A DNA stretch of 64,000 bases, taken from assembly GCF_009914755.1 (NCBI RefSeq), contig NC_060935.1; one strand, 5' to 3'. The position numbers and the translations under genes were made by a program. This DNA comes from the human T2T-CHM13v2.0 reference genome, Homo sapiens. The notes below the pieces were generated by a model. The model had not been told where the DNA came from and did no database searches. It worked only from the letters and a program-made list of their open reading frames with translations. Below are positions 1 through 18,893 of this stretch, in pieces (within the stretch, counting starts at the first letter, position 1; every line of letters starts with the position of its first letter).

Positions 1-409
1 GGCTCAGATTCGTCTGATGTCCCCAAAAAACTGGAACATTGTGGCGGGTGGTGTGCTTTGACAGTCAGCCAAGTCCTATTTATACCATATCCAGAATTAA
101 ATACAGCAGTGCAGGGAGGAGCCCCTCTGTGAATACAAATGGCTTCATCAAGGCAGGGAGCCATGAGATCAGGGCGCATACACTTCTAGTCTTCCTTGAA
201 CTTCAGTTCGTTAGACTCCAGGAGGCCACTGAGATTTCTACAGATTTCTAAGGTCCTTCTCCTTCTGTCCCTTTTTTTTTCTTTCTTTCTTTCTTTATTT
301 TTACATTAAAGCTTTTACATTTTTTTACATTGCTCAAAGGGTCTTCTGTACTTTTTTTTCTTTTCTTTTTTAAACCCACCTAAGCAGAGAGGGGCCTGGG
401 TTCTGTCTC

Positions 410-703
410 TTTTTTTTTTTTTGAGACAGAGTGTCACTCTGTTGCCCAGGCTAGAGTGCAGTCGCGCAATCTCGGCTCACTGCAACCTCTGCCTCCCAGG
501 TTAAAGTGATTGTTGTGCCTCAGCCTCCTGAGTAGCGGGGATTACAGGCATGCACCACCATGCCTGGCTAATTTTTGTATTTTTAGTAGAGACGGGATTT
601 CACTGCGTTGGCCAAGCTGGTTTCAAACTCCTGACCTCAGGTGATCAGCCCGCCTCGGCCTCCCAAAGTGCTGGGATTACAGGCCTGAGCCACCATGCCT
701 GGC
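410..703 (-). mobile_element. AluS
   Basis: Full Alu dimer, poly-T at left. Confidence 0.93.
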
Positions 704-1263
<560 letters not shown>

Positions 1264-1918
1264 TCTGTCTTTAACTCCAAGGCTTAGCAGTGCTCATGGG
1301 GGCTGCTGAGCTTGTCTGCCATCTGATGGGTGAGAGGAAAGGGGCAGTCTGACCATCCTGTGGCTAGCCTTGGATTGCGTGGGCACTGGAAGATTCATCT
1401 TTGTTAGGAAAGACTTTAGAGATCATCAGTTTAACTTATGAGGAGATTGCACCCCAGAGAATTGAGATGTCACGTCACAAAACTAATTAGTGGCAGAATT
1501 GCAAGTAAGGGAATAGTCTCTGCTAGGATTCTGTTGCAGCATTTACCTATGGGAAGAGGTGCTGAGTGGTGGCAGTGGTAAGGACTGCCTCCTTAGGCAC
1601 AGGCAGAATGCCTTCAGGGAAGCCGCAAGCTCTCCCTAAGTGGGAGCTTTTGCATGCACCTCAGGCACTTATCAAAGGACCTCTGGGAGCTTGAGAAAAT
1701 TACCTTCTGAGCCTTAGTGTTTCCATCCGCAAAATGGGAATTAAAGAAGACACTGAGGAAAGCAGCTAGCATTGTGAAAGCACACAGGAGTCTCCCATTA
1801 AAATGTTAGTTCTCTTCCCCTGCTCATCTCTGCTAGAAGGGACTTTTTCTCACATGACTGCTGCCTACACTCAATTAAGAGTAGTTTAAAGTTTTATCCT
1901 CTAAAAGGTATTTACATT

Positions 1919-2291
1919 TATTTCCTTCCCTTCCCTCCCTGCCTTCCTTCCTTCCTTCCTTCCTTCCTCTCTCTCTCTTTCTTTCTTCTTTTCTTTCTTT
2001 CTTTTTTTTTGAGATGGAGTCTTGCTCTGTTGCCCAGGCTGGAGTGCAGTGGCACAATCTTGGCTCACCACAACCTCCGCCTCCTGGGTTCAAGCGATTC
2101 TCCTGCCTCAGCCACGTGAATAGCTGGGATTACAGGCATGCGCCACCACACCTGGTTAATTTTGTATTTTTAGTAGAGACAGGGTTTTGCCACGTTTGTC
2201 AGGTTTGTCTCAAACTCCTGACCTCAGGTGATCTGCCTATCTTGGACTCCCAAAGTGCTGGGATTATAGGTGTGAGCCACTGTGCCAAGCC
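1919..2291 (-). mobile_element. AluS with (TTCC)n/(TC)n tail
   Basis: Alu dimer 2002-2291; TSD gtatttacattt at 1907 and 2292. Confidence 0.92.
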
Positions 2292-2321
2292 GTATTTACA
2301 TTTTCTTATAGATTCTCCTGA

Positions 2322-2675
<354 letters not shown>

Positions 2676-2680
2676 ATTAT

Positions 2681-2815
2681 GAGATTTTATTGTGATTTTA
2701 TTCTTTTTTTTTTTTTTTAGCTCATCAGCTGTTGTTAGTGTATTTTATGTGTGGCCCAAGATAATTCTTCTTCTTCCAGTGTGGCTCAGGGAAGCAAAAA
2801 GATTGGACACTCTTG
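2681..2815. mobile_element. MER30 (hAT-Charlie) partial
   Basis: tttagctcatcagct..tgtgtggcccaagataattcttc..aaaagattggacac matches the MER30 end. Confidence 0.8.
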
Positions 2816-2819
2816 AACA

Positions 2820-2926
2820 GTTTATTAAATTTGTATGCCTTTTCTCCTATTAATCTGCCTCTTGTCAGTGCTTTTCAATGAACCTTCAGCGGGCGACGGG
2901 AAGTTTTCCCTTCACCCCAGCTACAT
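2820..2926 (+). mobile_element. ERV1 LTR 3' end (MER34/MER39-like)
   Basis: aaatttgtatgccttttctcctattaatctgcctcttgtcagtg..gaaccttcag is typical of this LTR group. Confidence 0.65.
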
Positions 2927-2943
2927 ATATAATTCTGTAGGAG

Positions 2944-2946
<3 letters not shown>

Positions 2947-2976
<30 letters not shown>
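2947..2976 (+). repeat. (TG)15 microsatellite
   Basis: Direct reading. Confidence 0.95.
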
Positions 2977-2979
<3 letters not shown>

Positions 2980-3029
2980 TCGTGCCTGCCTTCCAGATTG
3001 TTTATGGAACATTGTATGCAGTTCAAGAC

Positions 3030-3270
3030 ACAGCATGATGCAATAGAAAGAGGATGAGCTTTGGAGTCTGAGAGGTCTGGACTTGAGTAGTGGCTGTAAG
3101 ACCAATTAATTCCCTGATTGCTCCAAGTTGTTTACTTTTCCGTAAAAGGAAAATAAAAACATCAACTTTGGAAGTTATTGTAAGCATTACATATGATGCA
3201 TGAAAGTGTCTAGCACTGGCGCATGGTATGTAGCACACACTCAGCAAATGGCAACTACTATTAATAATTG
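3030..3270 (+). mobile_element. MIR
   Basis: cagcatgatgcaatagaaagag..ctttggagtc..core..tagcacacactcagcaaatgg. Confidence 0.7.
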
Positions 3271-3277
3271 TACTTGT

Positions 3278-3586
3278 GGCTGGGTGCAGTGGCTCACGCC
3301 TGTAATCCCAGCACGTTGGGAGGTCGAGGTGGGCAGATCACGAGGTCAGGAGATCGAGACCATCCTGGCTAACACAGTGAAACCCCGTCTCTACTAAAAA
3401 TACAAAAAATTAGCCCGGCGAGGTGGTGGGCGCCTGTAGTCCCAGCTACGCGGGAGGCTGAGGCAGGAGAATGGTGTGAACCCGGGAGGCGGAGCTTGCA
3501 GTGAGCCGGATTGAGCCACTGCACTCCAGCCTGGGCGACACAGCGAGACTCCGTCTCAAAAAAAAAAAATAATAATAATAATAATA
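3278..3586 (+). mobile_element. AluY
   Basis: AluY diagnostics (gagatcgagaccatcctggctaac, gcggagcttgcag); TSD aataattgtacttg. Confidence 0.93.
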
Positions 3587-3601
3587 ATTGTACTTGCTGC
3601 A

Positions 3602-4217
<616 letters not shown>

Positions 4218-4279
4218 GTTGCATTTTGAAAGACAGGGAAAACCAGAAAACATACCACATGGACAAACCAGGATTATGA

Positions 4280-4500
4280 AAAGTTTGGAAGTCATTTTGC
4301 TTCATCACTGTTAGCATTTGGCTATATTTGCTCGCTTTTGTGTGCTCTCTCCTATTTTTTTTTTTGTTGTACCAGTTGAAATCAAGTTGTGGATGGCATG
4401 ACACTAAGTCTAAATGTTGCAGTGCACATCTCCTAAAAATAAGCATGTTATTCCTCACAACAACAGCCATCTTAGCACACCTAAGAAAATTGATAATATT
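4280..4500 (-). mobile_element. Old L1 (L1MC/ME) 3' fragment
   Basis: Resembles L1M 3'UTR (ttagcacacctaagaaaattgataat). Confidence 0.55.
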
Positions 4501-4931
4501 GTAGAGAAGGTCATTCCTGACGAGCAATTAAGGAAGACTGCAGTAAGGATGGAGGTAGTTCTGGAGAGACAGGCATGTTTTTACCACACAGAGGGAGGGA
4601 AAAGAATTCTAGACGGAGGGAGCACCTGGAAGCTAATGGCACCACCTGTCCTCTCCGATCAGCTCCTCCTAGCCTCCCTTGTCACGAACTAGTGAAGTTC
4701 CTCTGCCATTTGCTTTCCCAATCCCACACCCAGCCCAACCCCAGAACCTCTCCAGTCCACTCCTTTTATGAGAGTCTTCAGAAGAAGAAGACCATATTTA
4801 CTATGAGCTGCTAAATCCCTGACATTTTACTGTCTTTTTAAATACAAACATATATTTGGTACTTAAACAGTTTAAAGCCTAAAGCCAAAGGAATGAAGCT
4901 TGCAAGTTATCAGTGGAATTTCAGACATCTG

Positions 4932-5175
4932 GGAATCAATACAGTGCCTAGTTATTTCCTCCCATCCCTCCAAGGAGGATATTTGTTCCTAGAGTCCTTA
5001 ATATTAGGGGTGTGGATACAAGGACCCAGGTGACAGCCTGAGCTTTGGGCTTCAGTCAGGGGGGCCGGATATTGAGCTTCTACCTCCTTCCCAGCCTGTG
5101 GGTTGGTTTTAGGGGAGGAGAAGGATGGGGAAAGGGAATGAGGGAAAAGGGAGAAGGTGAGGGAAAGGAAAGGAA
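4932..5175 (+). repeat. Donor copy of ~240-bp local direct duplication
   Basis: About 85-87% identical to 6644-6726 plus 7181-7350. Confidence 0.93.
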
Positions 5176-5315
5176 GAGGAAGGGAAGTGGGGGATGGGAG
5201 AAGGAAAAAGGAGGAGAGTGGGAGGGAGGAGAATGAGGAAAAGGGAGAACCTGACACTGATGGAAGATAGTTGGAGAAGTTTTCAGATTAAACACAAACT
5301 GATTAAAAATGATCA

Positions 5316-5738
<423 letters not shown>

Positions 5739-6329
5739 TCACCTATCAGGCAAGGATGGTGTTAAGAATACAAAGGTGATGATAGTCTCTCCTACTCCTT
5801 CAAATCCTTCAAAAGAGGATCGTTGACACCTGATATTAATTTAACAATGAACAATTAACTGATTCAACTGCATGATCTCATGTGAACCCGTGACTCAAAT
5901 GTTATCATTTGTTATCGATCTGAGCCCGTGAGAGCCAATGTTATCAACTCTCTTTTAGAGAAGAGAAGACTGAGGATGACCACACAGCTAAGGCCACACT
6001 GCCGATATTCCATCACTAGTTTTTATTATTTTTCCTTCCCCACACCGAAGATGATTGTCTTTTCCTTGAAACCAGCAGATTGGAAACACAGAGATCATGT
6101 TTGTAAATGTGGATGGCACAGAGCTAGGTAGCAGAGCTAATCTGGTTGGACACACCTGAGGTACATAGTTATCCTGCTGGCTGGGATTCTGACCCAAAGC
6201 AAGAAGAAATTGAATGGAAGCAAATGTTAAAGTTTCAGTGAGACACAAGTCCAGGGTGGGAAAGACCTGGAGGACATGGGGAACCAAGAGATTTATTGAC
6301 CACCAGTATGATGTGGCCGCATTTATAGA

Positions 6330-7548
<1,219 letters not shown>

Positions 7549-7610
7549 ACTACTAATAATTATGAGTGCTCAGTATATTCAAGGCCCTGTCTTAGTTGAA
7601 TGTGATGTGA

Positions 7611-7983
<373 letters not shown>

Positions 7984-8123
7984 TAGTTTTGTTCCATTAT
8001 TAACATGACTTTTCAAGATTGTTGAAGGGACTTTTCAAGATTGTTGAAGCGCTTTTTCAAAGAACTGAAAAGAACTGGCCCATCCAACTACAGCATTTCT
8101 TTCCTTTCTGTTGCTCTTTTAAT

Positions 8124-8137
8124 CCACAAGGGGGCAG
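8124..8137 (+). promoter_or_regulatory. Candidate CTCF site
   Basis: CCACAAGGGGGCAG, close to core consensus CCASYAGRKGGCRS, in unique sequence. Confidence 0.45.
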
Positions 8138-8477
8138 AATTTACTTAGGGAGGATTAGCCAGGCCTCACCTTTAAGGTAGTTATTCTTAGTAACAAGGAT
8201 TCTAATGGACAAAGAATGACAGACTACTTTGGATTTAAGCTTATAAGCACTTTGCTGCCATTTGTGGTTATGTGCTAAATTTCCAACCACGTGCATTGAA
8301 TGTTCAAAGGCCCATGGAAAAAATGAAAATCTTAGAAAATACGGTTAGGCATTTGAGAGGAACTTTTCCCAGGAAATAGAAACGTACACTACTTTAATAA
8401 CTTAAGATCACTGTTTTAACTTATTCCAACTGAAGCAGATGTTTACTTTGTTTGTCTAAGACCAAAAAAGACTTATT

Positions 8478-8557
8478 TATTTTTTTAGAGACGGTATTTC
8501 ACCATGTTGGCCAGGTTGGTCTTGAACTCTGGGTCTCAAGTGATGCCCCTGGCTCGG
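8478..8557 (-). mobile_element. 5'-truncated Alu monomer
   Basis: 80-bp left-arm fragment between aaaaaa(g)acttattt direct repeats. Confidence 0.75.
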
Positions 8558-8867
8558 AAAAAAACTTATTTTAATTGTGGAATTTATTATGAAACAAATC
8601 AATTCATCAGATGTGGTCAACTATGGCCTCTAGATAGTTAATAAGAAAAGGCAACGAGGAACGGAACAAGTCTGCCCCAATGGCTTCAGGGAGATTAAGG
8701 AATTGGCAAAATAACTCTGAAGGCTCTTTCAAGCTTAAAGTTTAGTTTTTGTTCTAGGCCAGTAAATTACGGAACCCTGGAATGCTCTGACTATATGTAA
8801 TGTAGAATCTCAAGCTTGGGCAGGCCCACAGAAGGTCATTTGGTCACTATCTTGCCTTCAGGCCAAT

Positions 8868-9190
8868 TTCTTTCTTTCTTTTTCTTTTTCTTTTTTTTTT
8901 TTTTTTTGAGACGGAGTTTTGCTCTTGTCGCCCAGGCTGGAGTGCAGTGGTGTGATCTCGGCTCACGGCAACCTCCGCCTCCAGGGTTGAAGTGATTCTC
9001 CTGCCTCAGCCTCCCAAGTAGCTGGGATTACAGGTGCCCGCTACCACGCTTGGCTAATTTTGTGTTTTCAGTAGAGATGGGGTTTCACTATGTTGGTTAG
9101 GCTGGTCCCGAACTCCTGACCTCAGGTGAGCCCCCCCACCTCGGCCTCCCAAAGTGCTGGGATCGCAGGCGTGAGCCGCTGTGCTCGGCC
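8868..9190 (-). mobile_element. AluS
   Basis: Full dimer. Confidence 0.93.
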
Positions 9191-9317
9191 ATCTGCAGGC
9201 CAATTTCATATTTAAAACTAGGCAGCTGAAATGTATCAAGTTATTTACATTCTCTTATTGTCACTGGGGATCTGAAATCACGGCAAAACGGTTCCAAGAT
9301 CTTGACAGGTCTGTTAG

Positions 9318-9622
<305 letters not shown>

Positions 9623-9779
9623 CCAGTACCCAATTTTTAATTATTGTATATCATAACATATTCAAGGATACTGATGCTACAACATTTTCTTAAACACCCC
9701 TTATGCTTCCAGTTGTGGGTACCACAAATTAGCAGGTACGTTGACAAAATAATTGGCACCCAGAGGTGAGTAACCTGGA

Positions 9780-10090
9780 GTGCATATTTGTTCAATAAAT
9801 GTGAGCAGCACCTGTTACCATTCTAGGTGCTGCCAGGGATACAGAAATGAATGACATTGTCTTTTGTGTATCAAGAGATCACAATCAAATAGAGACACAA
9901 AACAGGCACCCAGTTCAAGGCAGTGTACGATCGTCAGTATTGTGTAAGAGTCAAACTGTTTTAGGAATTTAGTGGAGGAAGATCACTAATGTGATCAGGG
10001 ATGGCTTCATAGTAAAAGAAATGTTTATCCCAGACCTTGAAGAGTACGTTAGAATTTTAGCAGCTATACCTGGCAGGCGATGACCTTCCA
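9780..10090 (-). mobile_element. L2 fragment
   Basis: ttcaataaatgtgagc..ctaggtgctg..gatacagaaatgaat..cagggatggcttc. Confidence 0.6.
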
Positions 10091-10974
10091 GACTGAATGG
10101 CAGCCTTAGTGATTAGCAAACCAGTTGCCAAGCTGACTTCTGCGTTTGGCAGATCGGAACATCACTGTGGACCCTTCGTCCTGATAGGTTCTCAAAGTCT
10201 GGTGGTGGGAAGGAGGATGGTCAGTAATAAAACATACTGTGCCTGGAAGCTGCACTGCTATTCTACAGACTGGGGGTTGACTATTTGGGAGTAATGTTTT
10301 GTGTTGATTTCTCCAGTAATAATTGTCAGGATAAGGATAACAATCTGGTCCACAAAGATCACTCCACCATTCAGAAATACAGCAGGTACCTCTCTGAATT
10401 CTGTCCTTGATAATATGCTATTTATGGTTCCATGCATGTATTCATGTTTACACATGCAGAAACACACACACACACAACTGCTTGAACACCCTGGCAAGAA
10501 TGCCTGTGCCAGTACACAGATCAGGCAAGAATGTGTGCTTTTGATTCCGAGACTCTCAGAGATCCAGATCTCATGCTAACCTATTTCATTGACATGTCTA
10601 TTTATAGTCGCTGTCTCGTTCCAAATGTGAAGTCGCTTTCTAAATCTAAATCTTTTATTACCTTCGTCAGAGAGATTCGAACAGAGGCAGAGGGGGCGGG
10701 AATTAAAAATAGACACAGACTTACTACGAAAAAGAAAATAATCGATTGTTAGGGATCCATGGCCAGGAAGAATTGAGATTATGTTGATAATTAAAATCCA
10801 CTGACAAATCCTCAATTCAGCCTTTAGTTTTATCCTGCCCCTTCCACTTTCCTATCAAAGCTAATAACGAAGAGAGAAGATGACTGGTTTGAACTTCATC
10901 CCTGCTCCTCTCATTCACTCTCCCTAAGGAGGGGCAGAAGAGCCATGAAACAAAGAATTGAAGGAGCTGCATTT

Positions 10975-11163
10975 TCTTTCCCTCCCTCCCTCCCTCCCTC
11001 CCTCCCTCTCTCCCTCCCTCCCTTCCTTCCTTTTTTTTTTTTTTGAGATGGGGGAGTCTCACTGTGTTGCCCAGGCTGGTCTTGAACTCCTAGGCTCAAG
11101 CAATTCTTCCTCCTTGGCCTTCCAAAGGGCAAGGATTACAGGCGTGAGACACCACTCCCAGCC
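10975..11163 (-). mobile_element. FLAM/Alu monomer with (TCCC)n tail
   Basis: Left-monomer consensus. Confidence 0.85.
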
Positions 11164-11269
11164 CTGCATTTTCTACTCACAGGAAAATCATGTCCTACAT
11201 GATAAAAATCACAGATAGTACAAATTTGGCAACCTATAATTTTTAAAACCCCCAAATGTAACACTTCTT

Positions 11270-11500
11270 AATAATAGTAATTTTTGAGGACTTATTATGT
11301 GCAAAGCATTGGTACTTGATTTATATTCATTTCCATTTCTTCATCTTCTCAATAATCTTGTGAAGTAAGCACTATTATCTTCATTCTACAGACAGATACT
11401 GAAATGCAGAAAGATTAACTTGCCCAAGATCGCACAGATCACGAGGAATTGAGCCACTATTCTAATCCAGCCATTTAACTCTAAGACCTATACCCTGAAC
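11270..11500 (-). mobile_element. MIR
   Basis: tattatcttcattctacagacagatactga..taacttgcccaagatc core. Confidence 0.7.
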
Positions 11501-11616
11501 AGTATATTGGACTGCTACCCAGTATAGGTAGCTAACACAAATTTTTTGCTCTGGATTCCCCTTAAAGCTTTCACCTTCATGTTTTCTACTCTTGGTCATC
11601 TACAAAAAAGTATATA

Positions 11617-11906
11617 TTGAGACAGGGTCTCGCTCTGTTGCCCAGGCTGAAGTGCAGTGGTGTGATCATAGCTCACTGCAGCCTGAATCTCCTAGGCTCA
11701 AGCGATCCTCCTGCCTCAGCCTCCTGAGCATCTGGAACTACAAGTGTGCACCAGCACACCTGGCTAATTTAAATTTTTTTTTTTTTTGGTAGAGACAAGG
11801 TCTTGCTGTGTTGCCCAGGCTGGTCTCCAACTCCTGGGCTCAAGCGATCCTCTTTTCTAGGCTCTCAAAGTGCTGGGATTACAGGTGTGAGCCACTGCAC
11901 CTGGCC
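11617..11906 (-). mobile_element. AluJ
   Basis: Dimer with ggctcaagcgatcctcc in both arms. Confidence 0.9.
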
Positions 11907-12039
11907 TAGAAATGTTTTTCAATTTATTTTTCTTTACTTAGACTCCCATTTTTTACATATATATAAACTCACAGTCTTCTTTACTGTTATTTGGAATAGA
12001 TTAAATATTATGATTCAACAATGGCATTTTAGAGTAGGC

Positions 12040-12350
12040 TTTCAGAAACTACATGTCATTAATGTAATGCTGATCAGAAACAAGTAGACACAAAAGAGTA
12101 CATTCTACAGGATTCCATTCTATATGATTCCAGGGTACAGAAACAGAAAAAAAAAATCCGTGCTGTTAGAAGTCTAGATAGTGGTTACTCCTGGAGTAAG
12201 CAGTAGTGAATATAAGGGAACATGGTGGGGCCTTCCAAGGTGCCGGTTCTATTTCTTGATTTGGGTGCTTGTTACTTGGGTGTGACCATTTCACGAAATT
12301 TGTTGAGCTCTTTATGATGGCTGCGTTCTTCTGTATGTATATTATATTTT
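12040..12350 (+). mobile_element. L1ME 3' end
   Basis: gacacaaaagagtacattc..gattccatt..gatagtggttac..ttctatttcttgatttggg. Confidence 0.7.
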
Positions 12351-12822
12351 ATATTATCTATTGCTGCATACCAAATTGTCCCAGAACTTAGCAGCTCGAA
12401 ACAATAAACGTGTTATCTCATAGTTTCTGTGGGTCAGGAATCTGAGCATGGCTTAGCTGGGTGGCTCTGACTCAGGGTCTCTCATGAAATACAAACTGTT
12501 GGATGGGGTTGTAGTCTCATCTGAAGGCTCGCATGAGGTGGAGGGAGATTTACTTCTAAACTCACTCATGAGGTTGTTAGCAGCTTTCAATCCTCACCAT
12601 ATGGACCTCTCCACAGGGCTGCCTCACCACACGGCAGCTGGCTTCCCCCAGGGTAGGTGATGCAAAAAAGAGCACAAGATGAGACGTCTCAGAGGAGACG
12701 TCTAATCTCTGCTGCCGTATTCTACTTGTTATAAGCAATTCAATAATTCCAGCCCACACTCAAGAAGAGAGGAATATTAAGAGGCAGGAATCATTAGGTG
12801 CAATCTTAAAGGCTGCCTACCA
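12350..12822 (-). mobile_element. MaLR LTR (MLT1F-like) inserted in L1ME
   Basis: ctattgctgcata..tttctgtgggtcaggaatctg..ggctgcctaccaca. Confidence 0.75.
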
Positions 12823-12831
12823 CACACTTTA

Positions 12832-13149
<318 letters not shown>

Positions 13150-13439
13150 GCCTTAAAAATTATCCATATGTGTCCTCTGCCTCCCCACTCACAATAACAA
13201 TCATTGTCTTCTTATAGAATTAAAAATGCTTTCACAATTCACTAGATTTTTGGCAACCACAACATCTCGTAAGAGTAGGTTATGACATGAATTCTTCTTT
13301 CTGTTTTACAGAAATGTAATAAGCTTGATATGACCACTTTTATGTTTGCAAAGCACTTTTCAGATTTCACAATTCTTTTTCATACATATTTTGAGTTTTA
13401 TTATGCAGAATAAGTGAGAATTGTAGTTTAGTGTTATTT

Positions 13440-13684
13440 CCCTATGACAAATTCCAGGAAAATATATTATCAGGGTGGCATGAACAACGTTATAGTTTAT
13501 ATTATTTATAGAGGATAAAAGGTCTCAGCCAGGCATGGTAACTCACACCTGTAATCCCAGCACTTTGGGAGGCCAAGGCGAGTGGATCACCTGAGGTTAG
13601 GAGTTCGAGACCAGCCTGGCCAACATGGTGAAACACCATCTCTACTAAAAATACAAAAATTAGCCAGGAGTGGTGGCGGGTGCC
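13440..13684 (+). repeat. Inverted copy of 14129-14373 (87 bp unique flank plus 5' half of an Alu)
   Basis: Reverse-complement match includes non-Alu flank and shared Alu variants. Confidence 0.93.
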
Positions 13685-13903
13685 ACCCTGAATACTCTGA
13701 AATACTAATTTCACAGTATTATCTGATAATACTCTGAAAATTGTAAAATGCATATAATATACCAGTCACTGTGCACTAAGGGATATAAATATATATGTAT
13801 ATATATAATTTCATTTAATCAGAACAATCCTACAAAGCAAAATTTTGCCTCATTTTACAGAGTAAAACCTGAGACTTAGAAAGGCCTATTTGCTAAGATC
13901 TAA

Positions 13904-14320
<417 letters not shown>

Positions 14321-14583
14321 TAATGCTGTGCGTGCCACCCTGATAATAAATTTTCCTGTAATTTGTCATAGGGCAATTTTTACAAAAGCTGTACCATCCT
14401 GATCTTAGCAGGAAAAAAGGAATTATCTTCAAAGAGTATGGCAGGTAGAATATGAAAGGCAGTAATTCACTCTCTTTATGGCATTTGTGTACAGCACTAA
14501 AGAATGTGGCGGTCTTCCTCCAAGACACTGATGCTACTCACCTATGATCACTGGGGAGAAATCTTTGGAATATATTCTTATGA

Positions 14584-14992
<409 letters not shown>

Positions 14993-15319
14993 AAGACTGC
15001 AATAAACTTTAATCTGCTTCTTACATCAAATGTGTGAGCAGAACTATAATCAAACTTAGCTCATGCTTGACAAAGAAAATATTGGAGCTTCTTTTCTCCC
15101 AGAGACAGATCAGGGCAATTAAAAACCTGGACCTCGATCTGTATGCAACTAAATGATGGTATGCGGATAAATGGACTAACCCAGACTTCCACTTTTCTCA
15201 TTAAAGTGGCAAGAATAGACCTGGCATTGCAATTTGGCTCCGACACCCAGTTTATATCCCAGCAGAAAATGTCGCGTCTCAGCAAGGGAGGATTTGTAAT
15301 GCCAAGTCATTTCCCCTGA

Positions 15320-16006
<687 letters not shown>

Positions 16007-16269
16007 TGACTGCCTTTCCTGTAGACCTGGTGTGCTTACAGGGGTAACGAAGAACAAGAAATCACCCAAGTACTTTAATATCTAAGATGGGCAGTTCACA
16101 AATCTAATTAATTATTAGCATCCCTTAAAAAGCTTTTTCGAATAACGTAATGTAAGCATATGGTAAACATTCAAACAGAACAAAATAGTATACAGTGAAA
16201 AGTAAGTCTGTCTCACAGTGACCCTCAGTTTTCCTCCTACCAGTTCATATGCATTTTATGTCTCACATT

Positions 16270-16570
16270 ATTTTGTTGTTTTTTTTTTTGAGACTGAGTC
16301 TGGCTTTGTTGCTCAGACTGGAGTACAGCGGTGCAATGTCTGCTCACAGCAATCTCTGCCTCCTGGATTCAAGCGATTCTCCTGTCTCAGCCTCCCCAGT
16401 AGCTGGGATTAGAGGCACACGCCACCAAGCCCAGCTAATTTTTGTATTTTTATTAGAGACAAGGTTTCACCATGTTGGCTAGGCTGGTCTCGAACTCTTG
16501 ACCTCAGGTGATCCACCCACTCTGGCCTCCCAAACTGCTGGAATTACAGGTGTGAGCCACCGCGCCTGGC
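16270..16570 (-). mobile_element. AluS
   Basis: Full dimer. Confidence 0.92.
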
Positions 16571-16724
16571 ATAGGGTCTTATCTTTATTCCTGGAGTTGT
16601 AAAATTTTACTATGATGGGTTTTGGTATAAGACTTTTTCCCATTCACTTATTTTGATGTGCCTTTTAATCTAAAGACTCATTTAAATGTCAGGAAATGTT
16701 GTTGTACTATTTAAAAATAATTCT

Positions 16725-16870
16725 GCTGAGTTCAGTGACTCAAGCCTCTAATCCCAGTGCTTTGGGAGGCAAAGGTGTAAGGATTGCTTGAGCCCAGGAG
16801 ATTGAGACCAACCTGGGCAACACAGTGAGACCCCATCTCCACAAAAATATAAAAGTAATACTAAATAAAA
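16725..16870 (+). mobile_element. FLAM
   Basis: Single Alu monomer with A-rich tail. Confidence 0.8.
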
Positions 16871-17429
16871 ATACAAATAATTCATGTCATTTTCCCTTCT
16901 TTTTCATACACCCATCTTTCAGATGTTGGACCTCCTGGATTGATCCTCTATTTTTTTTTAGATCTTTTCTCTCATGTTGTTTGGTTGAGTTGTTCCAAGA
17001 GTTTGTCAAGAGATCTCTTGGATGGCATTATAAGATAATTGTTAAAATCAGCAATTCAAATACCAGAAAAATTATTTTCTAGTTCTACAAGCTTGGGCAA
17101 GTTCTTTATCCTCTCTTAGTTTTCTTGTCTATAAAATGGAGGAAATAATTGTATTCAATTATTTGATGATTAAATGATGATTATTAAAGCATGTTATGAG
17201 AATCGAGTTAGTTTTAATACATGTCTGAAACATAGTAAATGTTCAATAAATTTTGCTATTATTGTTGTTATTATTATCCTATTCTTGTTTGATGGATACA
17301 GTGTCTTCCATTATGTCTCTCAGGATATTAATCACAGGGTTCCTTGCATAGTCTTTGTTTCTATTCGCTTTTCTCTTACTTTTCTCAAACGTCTCATGTT
17401 ATATTCAGAGATACTAAAAAGCTGTTTGG

Positions 17430-18183
<754 letters not shown>

Positions 18184-18440
18184 AGAGAAAAATTTTAAAA
18201 TCACATATCTGTCAGTGGGAGGTGGGTAATGGCTGCCAATGTTCTCTGAGCTGGGTGGGTTTAGTGGGTCAGGAGTATACCTATACAGATTCCAGTCCTT
18301 GAGCCTTTTAATAAACTGGCTTATAACCACTGGGGTTTCAGCCACTGTGTTTTGGTAAGTCAGTTACCTCTCTTCCACCTGCTTTCATCAGCCAAACATT
18401 TGTTGACATTTCTCTTTCACCTTTATTTCCTTCCCCATTT

Positions 18441-18622
18441 TCAGCCACCTGAGTAGCTGGTACTGACTACAGGCACGTGCCCTTGCGTCCGGCTAATTTT
18501 TGTATTTTTTGTAGAGATGGGGTTTTGCCATGTTGCCAGGCTAGTCTTGAACTCCTGGACTCAAGCAATCCGCCTGCCTACGGCCTCCCAAAGTGCTGGG
18601 ATTGGGAACCACTGTGTCTGGC
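18441..18622 (-). mobile_element. Partial AluJ
   Basis: Left arm plus part of right arm. Confidence 0.82.
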
Positions 18623-18764
18623 CCTTTACTTTCATTTTAGTGGGTTTTGGGGAGGAAACAGAGAAAAATACATGTGTTCAATCTACCACATTACCTAAAA
18701 TATCCGTAAGTGATTTAGGGGGCAGGTACTGTCTTCTAGACTATAGACTTTTTCTCTGCTCCGT

Positions 18765-18893
18765 TTTTATTTTTTAATTTTTTTAGAGATAGGGTCTTGC
18801 TATGTTGCCCAGGCTGGTCTTGAACTCTTGGGTTCAAGAGACCCTCTCAAGCTTTCCTAGTACTGGGATTACAGGCGTGAGCCACTGTGCCAG
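18765..18893 (-). mobile_element. FLAM
   Basis: Monomer; TSD ctctgctcc. Confidence 0.82.

Noticed and set aside
8007-8049. Tandem duplication of gacttttcaagattgttgaag (similar short doublets near 27925, 57642 and 58950)
   Set aside because: Ordinary slippage duplications, common genome-wide.
9805-9833. 9-bp inverted repeat GCAGCACCT / AGGTGCTGC
   Set aside because: Falls in the naturally quasi-palindromic L2 end and is too short to be meaningful.
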